64,000 nt of DNA from positions 324,269 to 388,268 of the IMG/VR virus record IMGVR_UViG_3300025715_000009, one strand, 5' to 3'. Of the stretch, positions 51,801 through 61,421 are shown piece after piece. The stretch is from a virus (Duplodnaviria > Caudoviricetes). The notes below the pieces were generated by a model. The model made no database searches, was not told the DNA's origin, and saw nothing but the letters and a program-made list of their open reading frames with translations. The translations under genes and the position numbers were made by a program. Numbering within the stretch: the stretch's first letter is position 1; the number at the start of each line of letters is the position of its first letter.

Positions 51801-53000
51801 TTCAGCGAACTTATCTTCATCTTTTGTTTTAAAGAAAGATTTCATTGCTTTGACTTTGTTTTCTACAAGAACTTTTTTATCATATGCACGCTTATCACTC
51901 TCGAGATAAACTTTCTCTAATAAAATACGATTTTGTTCAGCAGTTGCACATCCAGATAAAGCAATTATTCCTTGAGCATTTTGTTTAATAAATTCAGGAT
52001 CACACACCGGGTTGCGATAAAATCCATTTACCCATCCATCATTATGGATCTTTACTAGATTTTTGAATCCATCTAAATTTTTAGCAAATAAAGTAATGTG
52101 TCGAGTTAATTTAGTTAATAATTTTCTATTTGCTTTATTAGTAGGAGAATCATCTTGTAGTGATTTGCGTAAAGCTGCTGATTCACGATTTATATAAGCT
52201 TCCATACCAAGAATTGGCTTCATGCCATGTTCTTTAGCTCCATTGTAAATAGTAATCCAATCACATATATTTCCATGATTTGATGTTGCTATTGCTGGTT
52301 TTCTTTTATTAGCATGCCATTGAATTCTTGTTTCTGGTGTTCCAATTCCATCTTTAAAAGAGAGAGTGTTATGAACATGGAGGTGAACAAATTTCCAGTC
52401 AATTTTTAATTTCTCAACTTCATCTTTTACAGATTGTAATTCTTTAACAGTATTAAAACTAAATATTTTTGTTATATAAGAAAGTTGTTTTCCATCTATT
52501 CTCATCAACAACTCATAAGAGTTTAATCCTTTAGAGATATCAATACGAAATGTTTTTTCAAATAATGATTTTGAATATTCGCCAGTTAAGAAAATAATTT
52601 CAGGTTGTACAATTAATATTTCTTTATATAAAAATCTTTTTATGTGTTGTTTGCCGTCTTTAAAAAGTGGATTGTCTGATTCTGGATCTTTTGGATATTT
52701 AATTCCATATGTAAGATATAAATCTTCTTTACTTAATCCTAAAACACTACAAATATCATCAACATATTTAGATTGTGTTGGGTCTGTATAAAATTGATCA
52801 ATGTCAAATGGAGAAGGGTATGGTCCTACTACCATAAAAGGTGATGGTTTACCTACTGGTAATGATCTTGTTCCTGGTTTGAGAGCAAATTCAGATAATT
52901 CAATGTCTGTAGCGTTTTGTATATCATTAAAAATTTTATCTAATGAAATATCGTTTTTTAATGAATTTGCAAGAATTTGACTTTCTTCTGTAAATGGCAT
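48855..53000 (-). CDS. dnaE: DNA polymerase III alpha (family C) with N-terminal UDG-like domain
   Basis: PHP FVHLHVH, TNDAHY; GAGRGSAAGSLV, PDIDSDF, KFDILGL, GIFQFES, YAFNLSHSVAY; no intein seen. Confidence 0.95.
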   Translation of the reverse strand: MPFTEESQILANSLKNDISLDKIFNDIQNATDIELSEFALKPGTRSLPVGKPSPFMVVGPYPSPFDIDQFYTDPTQSKYVDDICSVLGLSKEDLYLTYGIKYPKDPESDNPLFKDGKQHIKRFLYKEILIVQPEIIFLTGEYSKSLFEKTFRIDISKGLNSYELLMRIDGKQLSYITKIFSFNTVKELQSVKDEVEKLKIDWKFVHLHVHNTLSFKDGIGTPETRIQWHANKRKPAIATSNHGNICDWITIYNGAKEHGMKPILGMEAYINRESAALRKSLQDDSPTNKANRKLLTKLTRHITLFAKNLDGFKNLVKIHNDGWVNGFYRNPVCDPEFIKQNAQGIIALSGCATAEQNRILLEKVYLESDKRAYDKKVLVENKVKAMKSFFKTKDEDKFAENEYLDQQDYEYFYSHQQDKFDEKDYIKFANDFLDQNDQELIKNALTRAKEIVKWWKETISDYYIELMPIDWEPQKILNEELIKIAQELNVPVVITNDAHYLSKSESRIQELQMLSDQDKTFKELEEDTEGKIWTIKGREFYYKNVEELHEAWEKWHKSDIFTEQIFWQGINNVISLVDKIETYDLDKKEKLPKLYDNGKKVLVEKVLQGLKNKGLENKPEYLERVRFELKVIAEKGYTDYFLIMEDIIGWTKNKFGSDSVGAGRGSAAGSLVNYLLGITNVDPLKHDLLFERFLDLQRKDLPDIDSDFEPRIRDSVINYMIKRFGREHVANIGTFGMLKIKSAIQDVARVCGVPPADVFPITKKIPQDVNDVAPLNELESEIPSLRSFLNKYDSEKMPIRWFINGVRGAHRQAGSHAAGVLVSSEDLTKSVALIQSKKNIVTGWLEGASGHELSDLGYAKFDILGLNNLQVVNDTIKLIKRRRGKTIKTEDIDQNLDDPFVYKNIVQAGDHYGIFQFESNTAIKVLNLIKPDKFSELSDISALIRPGTLSMGIPEIYADRKFGRADENGKVWSENDIPPSIKHILKPTFGLMVYQEQMMRIAEFAANFSKGETNNLRRLITKLGKSASDDPNYIKSLKPLYDKFIQNASRPLNEGGLGGKMEAQDMWDLMANFSGYAFNLSHSVAYTYTSFREYWLKAYYRPEFNVALLNNTSKGSKKKGESLISIYATEIMGRGMTITQPNVNSSNYDFDLIDDETISWGLSFIRSLPDNTISKILSERKKGKFNSIEDFYDRITENSKTNSNLNKSAVDALVWSGALDEFIDERFEDRFALHSYIFTNLRKDRKYKPEISSYKLLVEKEEEYCQLSLTELSSYVDMRKSLSDATGKPINYIYEVDDPGNYFVIGKIESAIVKKTKTGKDYVLLTLRDETKSKPFIYAWTWKNGDVFSLKKGQIIFARIENDGNFVNLVGHKTTNVIVDV

Positions 53001-53406
53001 TATTATTCCTCTTGATGATAAGTATGCATTTTAGAATGCTAAATAGATTTTTTTAATATTGTTATCTGTTCTTATTTCTAAATTGCCTATTTTAGAATTG
53101 GATAATTGTTCAGCAATTTTTCTAGCAACAGATTCGCAAAACATTGTAAAATGCCCAGATAGAATTGTGCCGTTTATATAAAAATCATCGACTAAAAATT
53201 CTGCCATTTCTTGAAGTTGTTTTCTACTATTGGAAAGTTGTATATCATCTACTTTTTTGAATGTACGATAAGCTATAGATAAGAGCATAGAAAGATCTTC
53301 TTTGCGATTGTATCGTACTATTTTTTCATATATACGAGCGAACTTACGTCTTTTAATTTTAGATTGTGGGAGATCTTGCATTAAAAAATCCCACTTAGAA
53401 ATAATA

Positions 53407-54252
53407 TTATTTTCTTTTTCTGTCATGTATTAAATCTCTCGTTATCTCCAATGCTGCTTCAAATGGATATTTACATTGCCAATCTAGGAGTTTTGTTTTT
53501 TCTCTTTCAATATAAATAGGTTGATCATTGATTTCTTGAATATCATAATGTAAATCAATTTCCATTTTATCCAGCATATAATCAATAATCTCTTCTAAAG
53601 ATTTTTCTTGCTGATCCATGATTTCTATTGACTTATACATATATAGGTCAATATTGTTTAAAACCATATCCAGACCATCAAGAAAGTCATCAATAAAAGT
53701 ATATCTTTTAGAAGATTCTAAGTTAGTAAAAATTTTAGCAGTATCAATTCTTCCTACACTAGACATTAACAATTGACTTACACTCCCGTGAAAATCTTCT
53801 GGTCCAAATAATTCATCAGTGATAATATCAATATATTTAACACCAATTGTATCAAACATAGATAAAATTGAATCTTGTGTCCAATTAAAAATAGCATTAT
53901 TATGTTTGTTATATCTAATAAATATAACAGGGATATTTAATTCATATGCTATTTTAGCTATGTAATAACTACCTTCTAAATTATTTCGTATCATCCAATG
54001 AGATTTTTCTTTATCATGAGTAATCATAGTCGCAGTATGAAGAATGCAATCTATTTCAGATCTTTCCATAATAGTTTTCAATGTTGGATCAAAAATATCA
54101 ATCTCAGGATAATGTTCTGGAGAGAATTTTTTCTGTCTCCAGTAATTATACACATCATTTAAATGAGAATTTTCAATCGTGTGTTTATGTGAAAGATGTC
54201 TAACAAATGCTCTTGCCACAAAACCACTTTCGCCGGTAATCCAAACATTCAT
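53407..54252 (-). CDS. NAD-dependent epimerase/dehydratase-like protein (extended SDR, degenerate)
   Basis: VWITGESGFV, ILHTA, N..G, LFGP, FIDD; no clear YxxxK. Confidence 0.7.
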   Translation of the reverse strand: MNVWITGESGFVARAFVRHLSHKHTIENSHLNDVYNYWRQKKFSPEHYPEIDIFDPTLKTIMERSEIDCILHTATMITHDKEKSHWMIRNNLEGSYYIAKIAYELNIPVIFIRYNKHNNAIFNWTQDSILSMFDTIGVKYIDIITDELFGPEDFHGSVSQLLMSSVGRIDTAKIFTNLESSKRYTFIDDFLDGLDMVLNNIDLYMYKSIEIMDQQEKSLEEIIDYMLDKMEIDLHYDIQEINDQPIYIEREKTKLLDWQCKYPFEAALEITRDLIHDRKRK

Positions 54253-54866
54253 AACTGTTTCTCCTTCTTACTCCACCATGGAGATTTTATTATTTTATAA
54301 TATTCCATTGTCCCATTTAAATAACCTAAAATTTGTATTTTAGTAAGAAAAGATAAAAAGTTTTGTAAAGTTATGAATGTATGAATTGTATTATATCTAT
54401 ATCCTTCTTTTAAACCAATCATTTCAAATGGTCTACCATTTGCTACGCATGTATGATAAAATGTTTCCATTGTTTTTCTCATTATAATTCGTGCCTGAGA
54501 TGGATCAGAAATATCTCCATCTGGAAATAAACAGTAATAACCACCACGATAAGAAAGTAATGCTTTTTGAGACACCCAAGTCCCTCTTACAACATTTATT
54601 CTTATAGGATCTACTGTTGCAATATTTTCTGTATCTTCTGGATAAAGAAAAATATCTCCACCTTTTAATCTAGCTAATCTAGAACAATGAATAATATTTC
54701 CATCTATTCTAGAACTAAAAGTTGGATTATTTGGTAATAGTGGATCAAATTCTGTTCTTAATGCTTTAAAACCAGAATTTTCTAGTATATAGTTTAAGAC
54801 GGCCTTCTCTGCCTCTTTACCATAAGAATCATAATTTTCCAATATTACACCTCTTATTATATATGC

Positions 54867-55739
54867 TTATTTAGCTGATCCATATAACCATCTAAAAATA
54901 AAATAATCCGATCCAAACCCTTCATTTGGATTTTCTATTTCTTTAATTATTTCATTTATTTCATGGTTTGGTTCACCTTTTTCGTTTATTAAGTCTATAT
55001 CCAAAGGTGGTGTTTGATATTCTTTAAAATCATAATTTAACATATTTTGAATTTGTTCAAAATTTCTTTCATAAACATGTAAAGAGTGTGCAATATGAGT
55101 ATAAGTTCCAAGTTCTAATTCTGGATATACTTTTTTTAAATGTCTTAACATTTGTTGTTGAAGCATTGTAAAAAATGGATAATCAAATGTTAGTCCAAAA
55201 AATATATCATTACTTCTCATATCTACTGTAAAATTTAATTTATTATTACGAATTTGAAAATTGCCAATTAGTGTACAAACAAAATCTTTTACACCATAAT
55301 ATTGATGAGCAGGTCTATTAAAATGCATAATAGCCTGTCTTGAATCTTTGTCTGCAACTAAGCAATTATAAGCCCATTGAAATTGGTTTATCTTTTGTGC
55401 ATTATCTTTTTGAATAAACAATAAATTGCCATAAGCAGAATTACATGTTCCATCTTCATTAGCAATTCCATTCCAAAAAGATGAAAATCTGGATATAAAA
55501 TCTAAATCATTTCTACCAGAAAAGTACCACAATAATTCTCCAGCAAGATATTTTAATGGAACATCTCTTGCTTGATTTAGAAATAGATTAGATGCTGGGT
55601 TTTTATTAATTAAAATAGCATCACTTATTTCTTTTATTTTTTGTCCTCTTGGAGCAGTTTCATATTCTGGTTTATACATTAATTCAAGACATATATTTTT
55701 ATATAACTCAGCAAAATTATTTCCCCGTATGACTCTCAT
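54867..55739 (-). CDS. thymidylate-synthase-fold enzyme, predicted dCMP hydroxymethylase
   Basis: ELLWY.SG, NSAYG, DSRQA, DFVCT, MRSNDIFFGLTFD with Asp at the position of E. coli ThyA Asn177, SLHVYE. Confidence 0.85.
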   Translation of the reverse strand: MRVIRGNNFAELYKNICLELMYKPEYETAPRGQKIKEISDAILINKNPASNLFLNQARDVPLKYLAGELLWYFSGRNDLDFISRFSSFWNGIANEDGTCNSAYGNLLFIQKDNAQKINQFQWAYNCLVADKDSRQAIMHFNRPAHQYYGVKDFVCTLIGNFQIRNNKLNFTVDMRSNDIFFGLTFDYPFFTMLQQQMLRHLKKVYPELELGTYTHIAHSLHVYERNFEQIQNMLNYDFKEYQTPPLDIDLINEKGEPNHEINEIIKEIENPNEGFGSDYFIFRWLYGSAK

Positions 55740-56341
55740 TTTAACCCCTGAAGTTTAGCTATTAATATATCAAAATAATCTACTCTTTGTGCAGTTGATC
55801 CAAATATCTCTATATCAATTGGTTTATTTCCATAAACTGGAAGAATAAAAAATTCATAAATAGTAATTATATCATTAAATAATTCATACTCTATGTCAGA
55901 TGAACGAAATGTTAATGTTATACTCCTCTCTTTATAATGAATAAGTGATAGACATGAGACATCAAAAGCTGAATCTTCGGCTTTTTTATAATCAACAAAA
56001 GAATTTGCCACTCTAACTAATGCTCTCCTTGTTTTAGGATTTTTATCTAACATTTTTTTCACATTGTTGATTATTTCTTGATATGATAGTCCATTTCTTT
56101 CCTGTACAGAATAAGTATATATGCTTCCATATAACTTGTCAATCGAATTGAAAAACCTTAAAGAACCTCTTTGTTCAAGAAATGGTTCAAATCCATTTTT
56201 TGTAATATCTAAATCTGCAAACTTTTTTCTTTTAAGATCTAAATATGGATTTTCAACTTTGGTTGATAAAGAAAAAGATTTCAAATTAATTAAATATGAA
56301 TCATCTTCATTAAATGGTTTTTTTATTATATCAATTTGCAT
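55736..56341 (-). CDS. second, truncated thymidylate-synthase-fold protein
   Basis: KTRRALV, DVSCL, FRSSD......FND (also Asp at the 177-equivalent position). Confidence 0.7.
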   Translation of the reverse strand: MQIDIIKKPFNEDDSYLINLKSFSLSTKVENPYLDLKRKKFADLDITKNGFEPFLEQRGSLRFFNSIDKLYGSIYTYSVQERNGLSYQEIINNVKKMLDKNPKTRRALVRVANSFVDYKKAEDSAFDVSCLSLIHYKERSITLTFRSSDIEYELFNDIITIYEFFILPVYGNKPIDIEIFGSTAQRVDYFDILIAKLQGLK

Positions 56342-56955
56342 TATTTCAATCCTAATGTAAATTCATAGATTCTTTGTTCCATTTTTGATTGATCTTTTAT
56401 AACATCATACTCAATAAATTTTTCTTTATTATTAATAACTCCTTTAGATAATATTTGCATTAATTTATATTCGTTTTCTTGTGTAAGAGAAAGGTTTTTT
56501 TGAGTATATTCATCTTGTCTGGTTAATGTTGAAATTGGATTTAGAAAATAAATATAGTTATATAAATAATTACAATTTTCTATCATTGTATTATATAAGA
56601 ATGATAGAAAAGCATGATATTTTTTTAAATCATCACAATCTAATGTACTTTTATCTACATAAAATGTATAATAAAAATAACTATCAATTAATGATCTATC
56701 GCATAAAACAATTTTATTATTATGTTTTGAATTTATTAAATTCTCTGCTTCTATCTTAGCAGAAATGATTTTTATTTCAAGATCTAAATAAGCTTTTGGA
56801 CTTTGACGAATAGTATCAATATCTCCTATGTCAAGATTACGAATCTCTTCATTTAATAAAATAACATTATCTGGATACTTTTTTTTTATGGTCTCCATAA
56901 ATGTTGTTTTACCAGAATGAGAAGCCCCAGATAATGCTATTATTAAATTATTCAT
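56341..56955 (-). CDS. P-loop nucleotide monophosphate kinase-like protein
   Basis: GASHSGKTT, LCDRSLID. Confidence 0.8.
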   Translation of the reverse strand: MNNLIIALSGASHSGKTTFMETIKKKYPDNVILLNEEIRNLDIGDIDTIRQSPKAYLDLEIKIISAKIEAENLINSKHNNKIVLCDRSLIDSYFYYTFYVDKSTLDCDDLKKYHAFLSFLYNTMIENCNYLYNYIYFLNPISTLTRQDEYTQKNLSLTQENEYKLMQILSKGVINNKEKFIEYDVIKDQSKMEQRIYEFTLGLK

Positions 56956-56958
56956 TTT

Positions 56959-57207
56959 TTATTCCATATCATCATCATAGTCATCGTAATCGTTTTCTCC
57001 ATCTTCATCATCATATTGATAATCATCGTCATCGTCATTATAATTTTCATCATTATAATCTTCATCGTCATAATCTCCATCTTCATCTTCTAAATCATCA
57101 TCTTCATCATCATAATCTTCATCTTCTAAATCATCATCCTCATAATCATCACTTTCTTCAAGATTGTATTCTGGATCATCATAACAGTCTTCGTAATTCA
57201 TATTCAT
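56959..57207 (-). CDS. extremely acidic Asp/Glu/Tyr-rich small protein
   Basis: AAGGAG RBS; 82 aa with no Lys or Arg. Confidence 0.7.
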   Translation of the reverse strand: MNMNYEDCYDDPEYNLEESDDYEDDDLEDEDYDDEDDDLEDEDGDYDDEDYNDENYNDDDDDYQYDDEDGENDYDDYDDDME

Positions 57208-57253
57208 CTCCTTTTAATCAAAATATGCCAGGTTTATTAGACCTGGCACTAAT

Positions 57254-58990
57254 TTATTCTTGATATGTTCCAATGATTAAATATGGTTTTTTAAGACCAA
57301 GCTCCTGAGCTCTTCCAAGCTGGTATTTAAAATCATCAATTGCATGTTCAACAGATAAGACAATTGGTTTACCATGAACATTATATGATGTATTAATAAG
57401 AGCTTTTGCTGTACCTTGAATTTTTTCAAGTATAAGAGATACGGTTGATCCATCAAGATCAACTACTTGTGGACGCCCTGAATAAAGTTCCTCATCTGGA
57501 TATTTATGCATTATACCTGAATAAAGATCGCAATGATTAATTGTATAATCATATGTAAGAATCATAAATCCATCAGATCCAATTGTTTTGTTAAATTGTT
57601 TTTCATCAAAGAAATAACTCAAATTATGTCTAAGCATAATAGGAGCCATAGGCATAACCGTATTTCTCTTATTGTAAGTATTAATCAATTCAACGTTTTC
57701 TTTATAGGGGATAGAATAAGTTGTTGTATGGCACAAAGCTCTTGGACCAAACTCCATGCTTCCAAGAACAACTTGAGGAATCTTGTTATTCTTTAATAGA
57801 TCAACAATTCTATTTACAAGAGATTCTTTATTGTGATAAATTTCTACATTCTCTGGAAGAGAATTTACATCAAGCTTCTCTACTTCGCCTTTAATATCCC
57901 TGTGTCCCCAGAAAAGATTAGAAAAATCAAATGGGCCAATGTTTTTAATATACATTCCAATTGCAGCACCTTGATCACCAGCAAGAGGAATAACACTAAA
58001 CTTTTCACTCAATCTCTCAAGTTTATTATTTAACTTCACGTTGTAGAAAATTCCACCATTGACAAGCAATGTCCCTGGAGAATGTTTCTTTACAAAATGG
58101 CTTGCAACTTGTTCAAGAACAGTTTGAATAAAATTACCGATAATAACACGTTTATTAAAATTTTCTGGATCATCAACAAATTTGATCTTGGATAAAAGAG
58201 AATCAAACTTCTTTTGATATTTTTCTTTGACTGAATTTAACAGCACTACATTAACATATTTTGAGTCAATTGATTTTGGTATTTTAGTTGAATGTTCAAG
58301 TCCTTCAATCATTTCTTGAGAGAATTTATCCGCCTCCATATGAAGAAGAGCATAACTCTCATCATCAATAACTTCATGGATGTGTGATTCATATCCAAGG
58401 AATTTGTACTCATCTTGATTTTCAGTCATACCTGTATAAGATGTAGCATATTGATAGAAAAGACCAAGAGAATTTTCATAACCATATGCTCTATGGAAGA
58501 GATCAACATGTCTCATTCCCAATTCATCATAAGTAAGCCCATAAAGAGACATTACTTCTTGTTGATTTCCAAAACCATCAGCTACTAAAATAAGAGCATC
58601 TTGATTTCCACCCTTATGGAACTCATAAAATCCAGACACTGCATAGGCGTGAGCATCATGGTGTGTAAAATCTTTGGATAGAGAAATTACTTTAAAATTG
58701 TAATCTCTTTTCAATGATTCAATATAATCATTATTCCAATATTTTTCATGAATTTTTTGATGATTATTGGTTTGGAAATCATAATCATCAAACCAGTGAG
58801 ATACAAAAACAACATTGTCTTCGTCTTTTGTTGGCTTGGCAGCTTCAATGCATTTAATAGCACTGATAAGCGGGAAGATAGAACAACTCTTGAGTCGTTC
58901 ATGTCTTTCTTCTTCATAACCAGCAATAACTTTACCATCACGAACAGCAACAGCTGATGAATTATGTCCAAGTGTCAATAGTAATTCCAT
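57254..58990 (-). CDS. carbamoyltransferase (NodU/CmcH/TobZ family)
   Basis: GHNSSA, EEER, HHDAHA, DGFG, SLG.FY, GD.G.AIG, EFGPRAL, INTSYNVHGKPIV. Confidence 0.93.
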   Translation of the reverse strand: MELLLTLGHNSSAVAVRDGKVIAGYEEERHERLKSCSIFPLISAIKCIEAAKPTKDEDNVVFVSHWFDDYDFQTNNHQKIHEKYWNNDYIESLKRDYNFKVISLSKDFTHHDAHAYAVSGFYEFHKGGNQDALILVADGFGNQQEVMSLYGLTYDELGMRHVDLFHRAYGYENSLGLFYQYATSYTGMTENQDEYKFLGYESHIHEVIDDESYALLHMEADKFSQEMIEGLEHSTKIPKSIDSKYVNVVLLNSVKEKYQKKFDSLLSKIKFVDDPENFNKRVIIGNFIQTVLEQVASHFVKKHSPGTLLVNGGIFYNVKLNNKLERLSEKFSVIPLAGDQGAAIGMYIKNIGPFDFSNLFWGHRDIKGEVEKLDVNSLPENVEIYHNKESLVNRIVDLLKNNKIPQVVLGSMEFGPRALCHTTTYSIPYKENVELINTYNKRNTVMPMAPIMLRHNLSYFFDEKQFNKTIGSDGFMILTYDYTINHCDLYSGIMHKYPDEELYSGRPQVVDLDGSTVSLILEKIQGTAKALINTSYNVHGKPIVLSVEHAIDDFKYQLGRAQELGLKKPYLIIGTYQE

Positions 58991-58993
58991 TAT

Positions 58994-59725
58994 TTACTCC
59001 TTTATTAAATCTTTGTAATATTTAATTCCATTATCAATATCATGTCTATATATCCAATAAGATGGATGAAGAACTTTTTTACATTCTATGTTTTTGTTTT
59101 TTAAGAAATCATATACGTTTGCTCCTAATGCCAATATTTTGTTCGGTTGTAATAAATCAATTTCATTTTTTAGAATTGGCCAATATTTTTCATAATTTTC
59201 TTCATATGATTCATTCATCTTTTGTTTTTCTACGGCCATTTTACTTGCATTGGTAAAATATATGCTTTTTAACTCTTTAAAAAAACCTTTTCTTAATATT
59301 TCTGAAGTATTTTGAAAAAAGAATGATGGTTTAAATGGTTGTGAAATTAAGTCATCTGCATCTCCTGTATAAAAACCTGCTGCCATGCCTATTACAAATA
59401 TGCCACCTTTACCTATATAACCACTGCCTATTGATATTAATTCATTATCATTTGGCGTAAGAATTGTTTGAACATCATCATATAACTTATGGCGATTATA
59501 AATATCATCAGAATTAAAAGAAAATTGAAATGGGCAGTATTTTAAGAAAACATTAATAATTTCTGAAATAGAAATATCTTGCAAATTAACAAAAAAATCT
59601 CTATCACGAAATTGTTTTTGATATTTATCCAATATCATATTGACCAATTTTTTATATGATAGAGTTTTGTTTTCGTGAGTAAGCATAACAATATCATATA
59701 TCAATTGTTTTTCATTCATGCACAA
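58994..59725 (-). CDS. uracil-DNA-glycosylase-superfamily protein
   Basis: IFVIGMAAG, YFTNASK, L.NEI.LLQP.KILALG, LHPSY. Confidence 0.75.
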   Translation of the reverse strand: MCMNEKQLIYDIVMLTHENKTLSYKKLVNMILDKYQKQFRDRDFFVNLQDISISEIINVFLKYCPFQFSFNSDDIYNRHKLYDDVQTILTPNDNELISIGSGYIGKGGIFVIGMAAGFYTGDADDLISQPFKPSFFFQNTSEILRKGFFKELKSIYFTNASKMAVEKQKMNESYEENYEKYWPILKNEIDLLQPNKILALGANVYDFLKNKNIECKKVLHPSYWIYRHDIDNGIKYYKDLIKE

Positions 59726-60434
59726 CCTTCTGCAAAATCTATTGCCATTTGCTTTGCGTCTTCTATAGTTTTAGCGGTCCACTCACCATGACCCCATTTT
59801 TTTGGATATGGTGCGAAGTGATTAAATTTTAATTTTTTTCTATCATCTCTTACATAAACTTCATATTCTATGTAAATACCTAATTCATTATTCTCTTTAT
59901 GATTAACATCTAATTGTATTAATTTTTGATCAATTACATTATCATCATCAGTAAATTTTCTTATGCAATTACCATCTCTATCAAAATCCCAAAATCTTAA
60001 TATATCTTCAATAAAATTTTCTTTATTATCTGGATTATAAGCAATATCACCTTTTTTTACTTGACTTCCTATTGTAAATCTATAAAATGCTCTTGCCCAC
60101 CCATACCATATCTGATCTTGTTTATTGAATCCAATTAAACAACATGGTGATCTTTTTAAATCTAATTTTGGTTTGCCTAACAATAAATTCTTGGCTTTTT
60201 CATCCATAGAGAGGGTCTTTACAGCGGAATAATCATGTGTTGGATAAAATTCTGTAATGCCAAATTTTTTATTTAACCGATATGCTTGTTCGCTATTCCC
60301 TATATAATATAGATCTGGCCATGAATAGGAGCTGTGCATTACAATGTGAGGACTTGGCATATCATGCCATATTTCATTCACAAGAACATATCCTCTATTT
60401 TTAAACACTCGTGTTGATAAAATTTCAGTATCCA

Positions 60435-60686
60435 CTATGACTCCCAATATTCACAAATATTTTCTTCTGATAATGGTAGACCTTTTAATTTAAATTGATA
60501 AAATTCTTCAGAACTTGGAGATATTTTATATATTCTTTTTGCTCTTAAGAAGGAATGACAAGATGGCCTTGCATTGCCACCTTGATATTCACTTATAAAA
60601 CTATTATGATAATAATAACAATTAGTACAATTATTATTTAATAATAGATTTTTTGCTTTTACTTTATCACTTTCCAGTTGATCCAA
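60435..60686 (-). CDS. small Cys-rich AKxLLL/CxxC family protein
   Basis: AKNLLLNNNCTNC...C...NICEYW. Confidence 0.65.
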   Translation of the reverse strand: MDQLESDKVKAKNLLLNNNCTNCYYYHNSFISEYQGGNARPSCHSFLRAKRIYKISPSSEEFYQFKLKGLPLSEENICEYWES

Positions 60687-61176
60687 AGCCGCCTTCTCCT
60701 CTATGAGAATCTTGCTTCATCCAATCATATAAACTATCTTCTTCACATTCTGTGAGATCACAGGATAAAATTGGCACCAAAGTCATTTGAGTTAATTTCA
60801 TATTTGGTGTAATAATAAAATCACTCTCACCAACATTATGGAGGTCAATATGTACTTCGCCAGAATAAAAAACATCTATAACCTGAGCACCAATAAGAAC
60901 ATCTTTTTTAGAGGCGACACCACTTTTATTAAGAAAGAGCCCCATATACCCAAATGGTATTTCTACTTTTATGCCTGATGGGATGCAAGCATTTTGCCCT
61001 GGTTTAATAATAATTTTATTATCTGCTACTACGATACCATCATTTGCTTCTTGTTTTTCAAAGTCAACAATAAAAGCATCGTCAAATTCTGGACAACAAA
61101 AATCTATGCCAGCATCAGTAGCATGTCCTCTGGCCGGTGTTTTTACATTTCTTGTTTTTGCGAATTTTAATAACAT
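60667..61176 (-). CDS. dut: dUTPase (trimeric family)
   Basis: DAGID, KSG, VID..YSGE, Q, RGEGGFGSTG. Confidence 0.92.
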   Translation of the reverse strand: MLLKFAKTRNVKTPARGHATDAGIDFCCPEFDDAFIVDFEKQEANDGIVVADNKIIIKPGQNACIPSGIKVEIPFGYMGLFLNKSGVASKKDVLIGAQVIDVFYSGEVHIDLHNVGESDFIITPNMKLTQMTLVPILSCDLTECEEDSLYDWMKQDSHRGEGGFGSTGK

Positions 61177-61421
61177 TTTTTACTCCTATTTTTCATTTTC
61201 TATAATAAGAAATAATAATTCACTATCTTCTATAGGTGTTATACATATACCAATAAAATCATCAGATTGATAATCAATATCATAATACTTTATCAATTTA
61301 TTTTCTTCATATTGATGTAATATATTATGGGCTAAAGCAATTTTTTCATCTGTTTGATTGTCAAATTCAAAATTTTCAAAAATAGAATCTAATTTTTCTT
61401 GTATCTCTTGTTTTATATCCA

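Noticed and set aside
48855-53000. Intein or intron in dnaE
   Set aside because: Catalytic motifs are contiguous and no intein splice motifs are seen; the extra length comes from the N-terminal domain and the PHP insertion.
56901-57263. His-rich plus-strand ORF
   Set aside because: Antisense reading of the GAT/GAA-rich acidic gene, which has the RBS and matches operon orientation.
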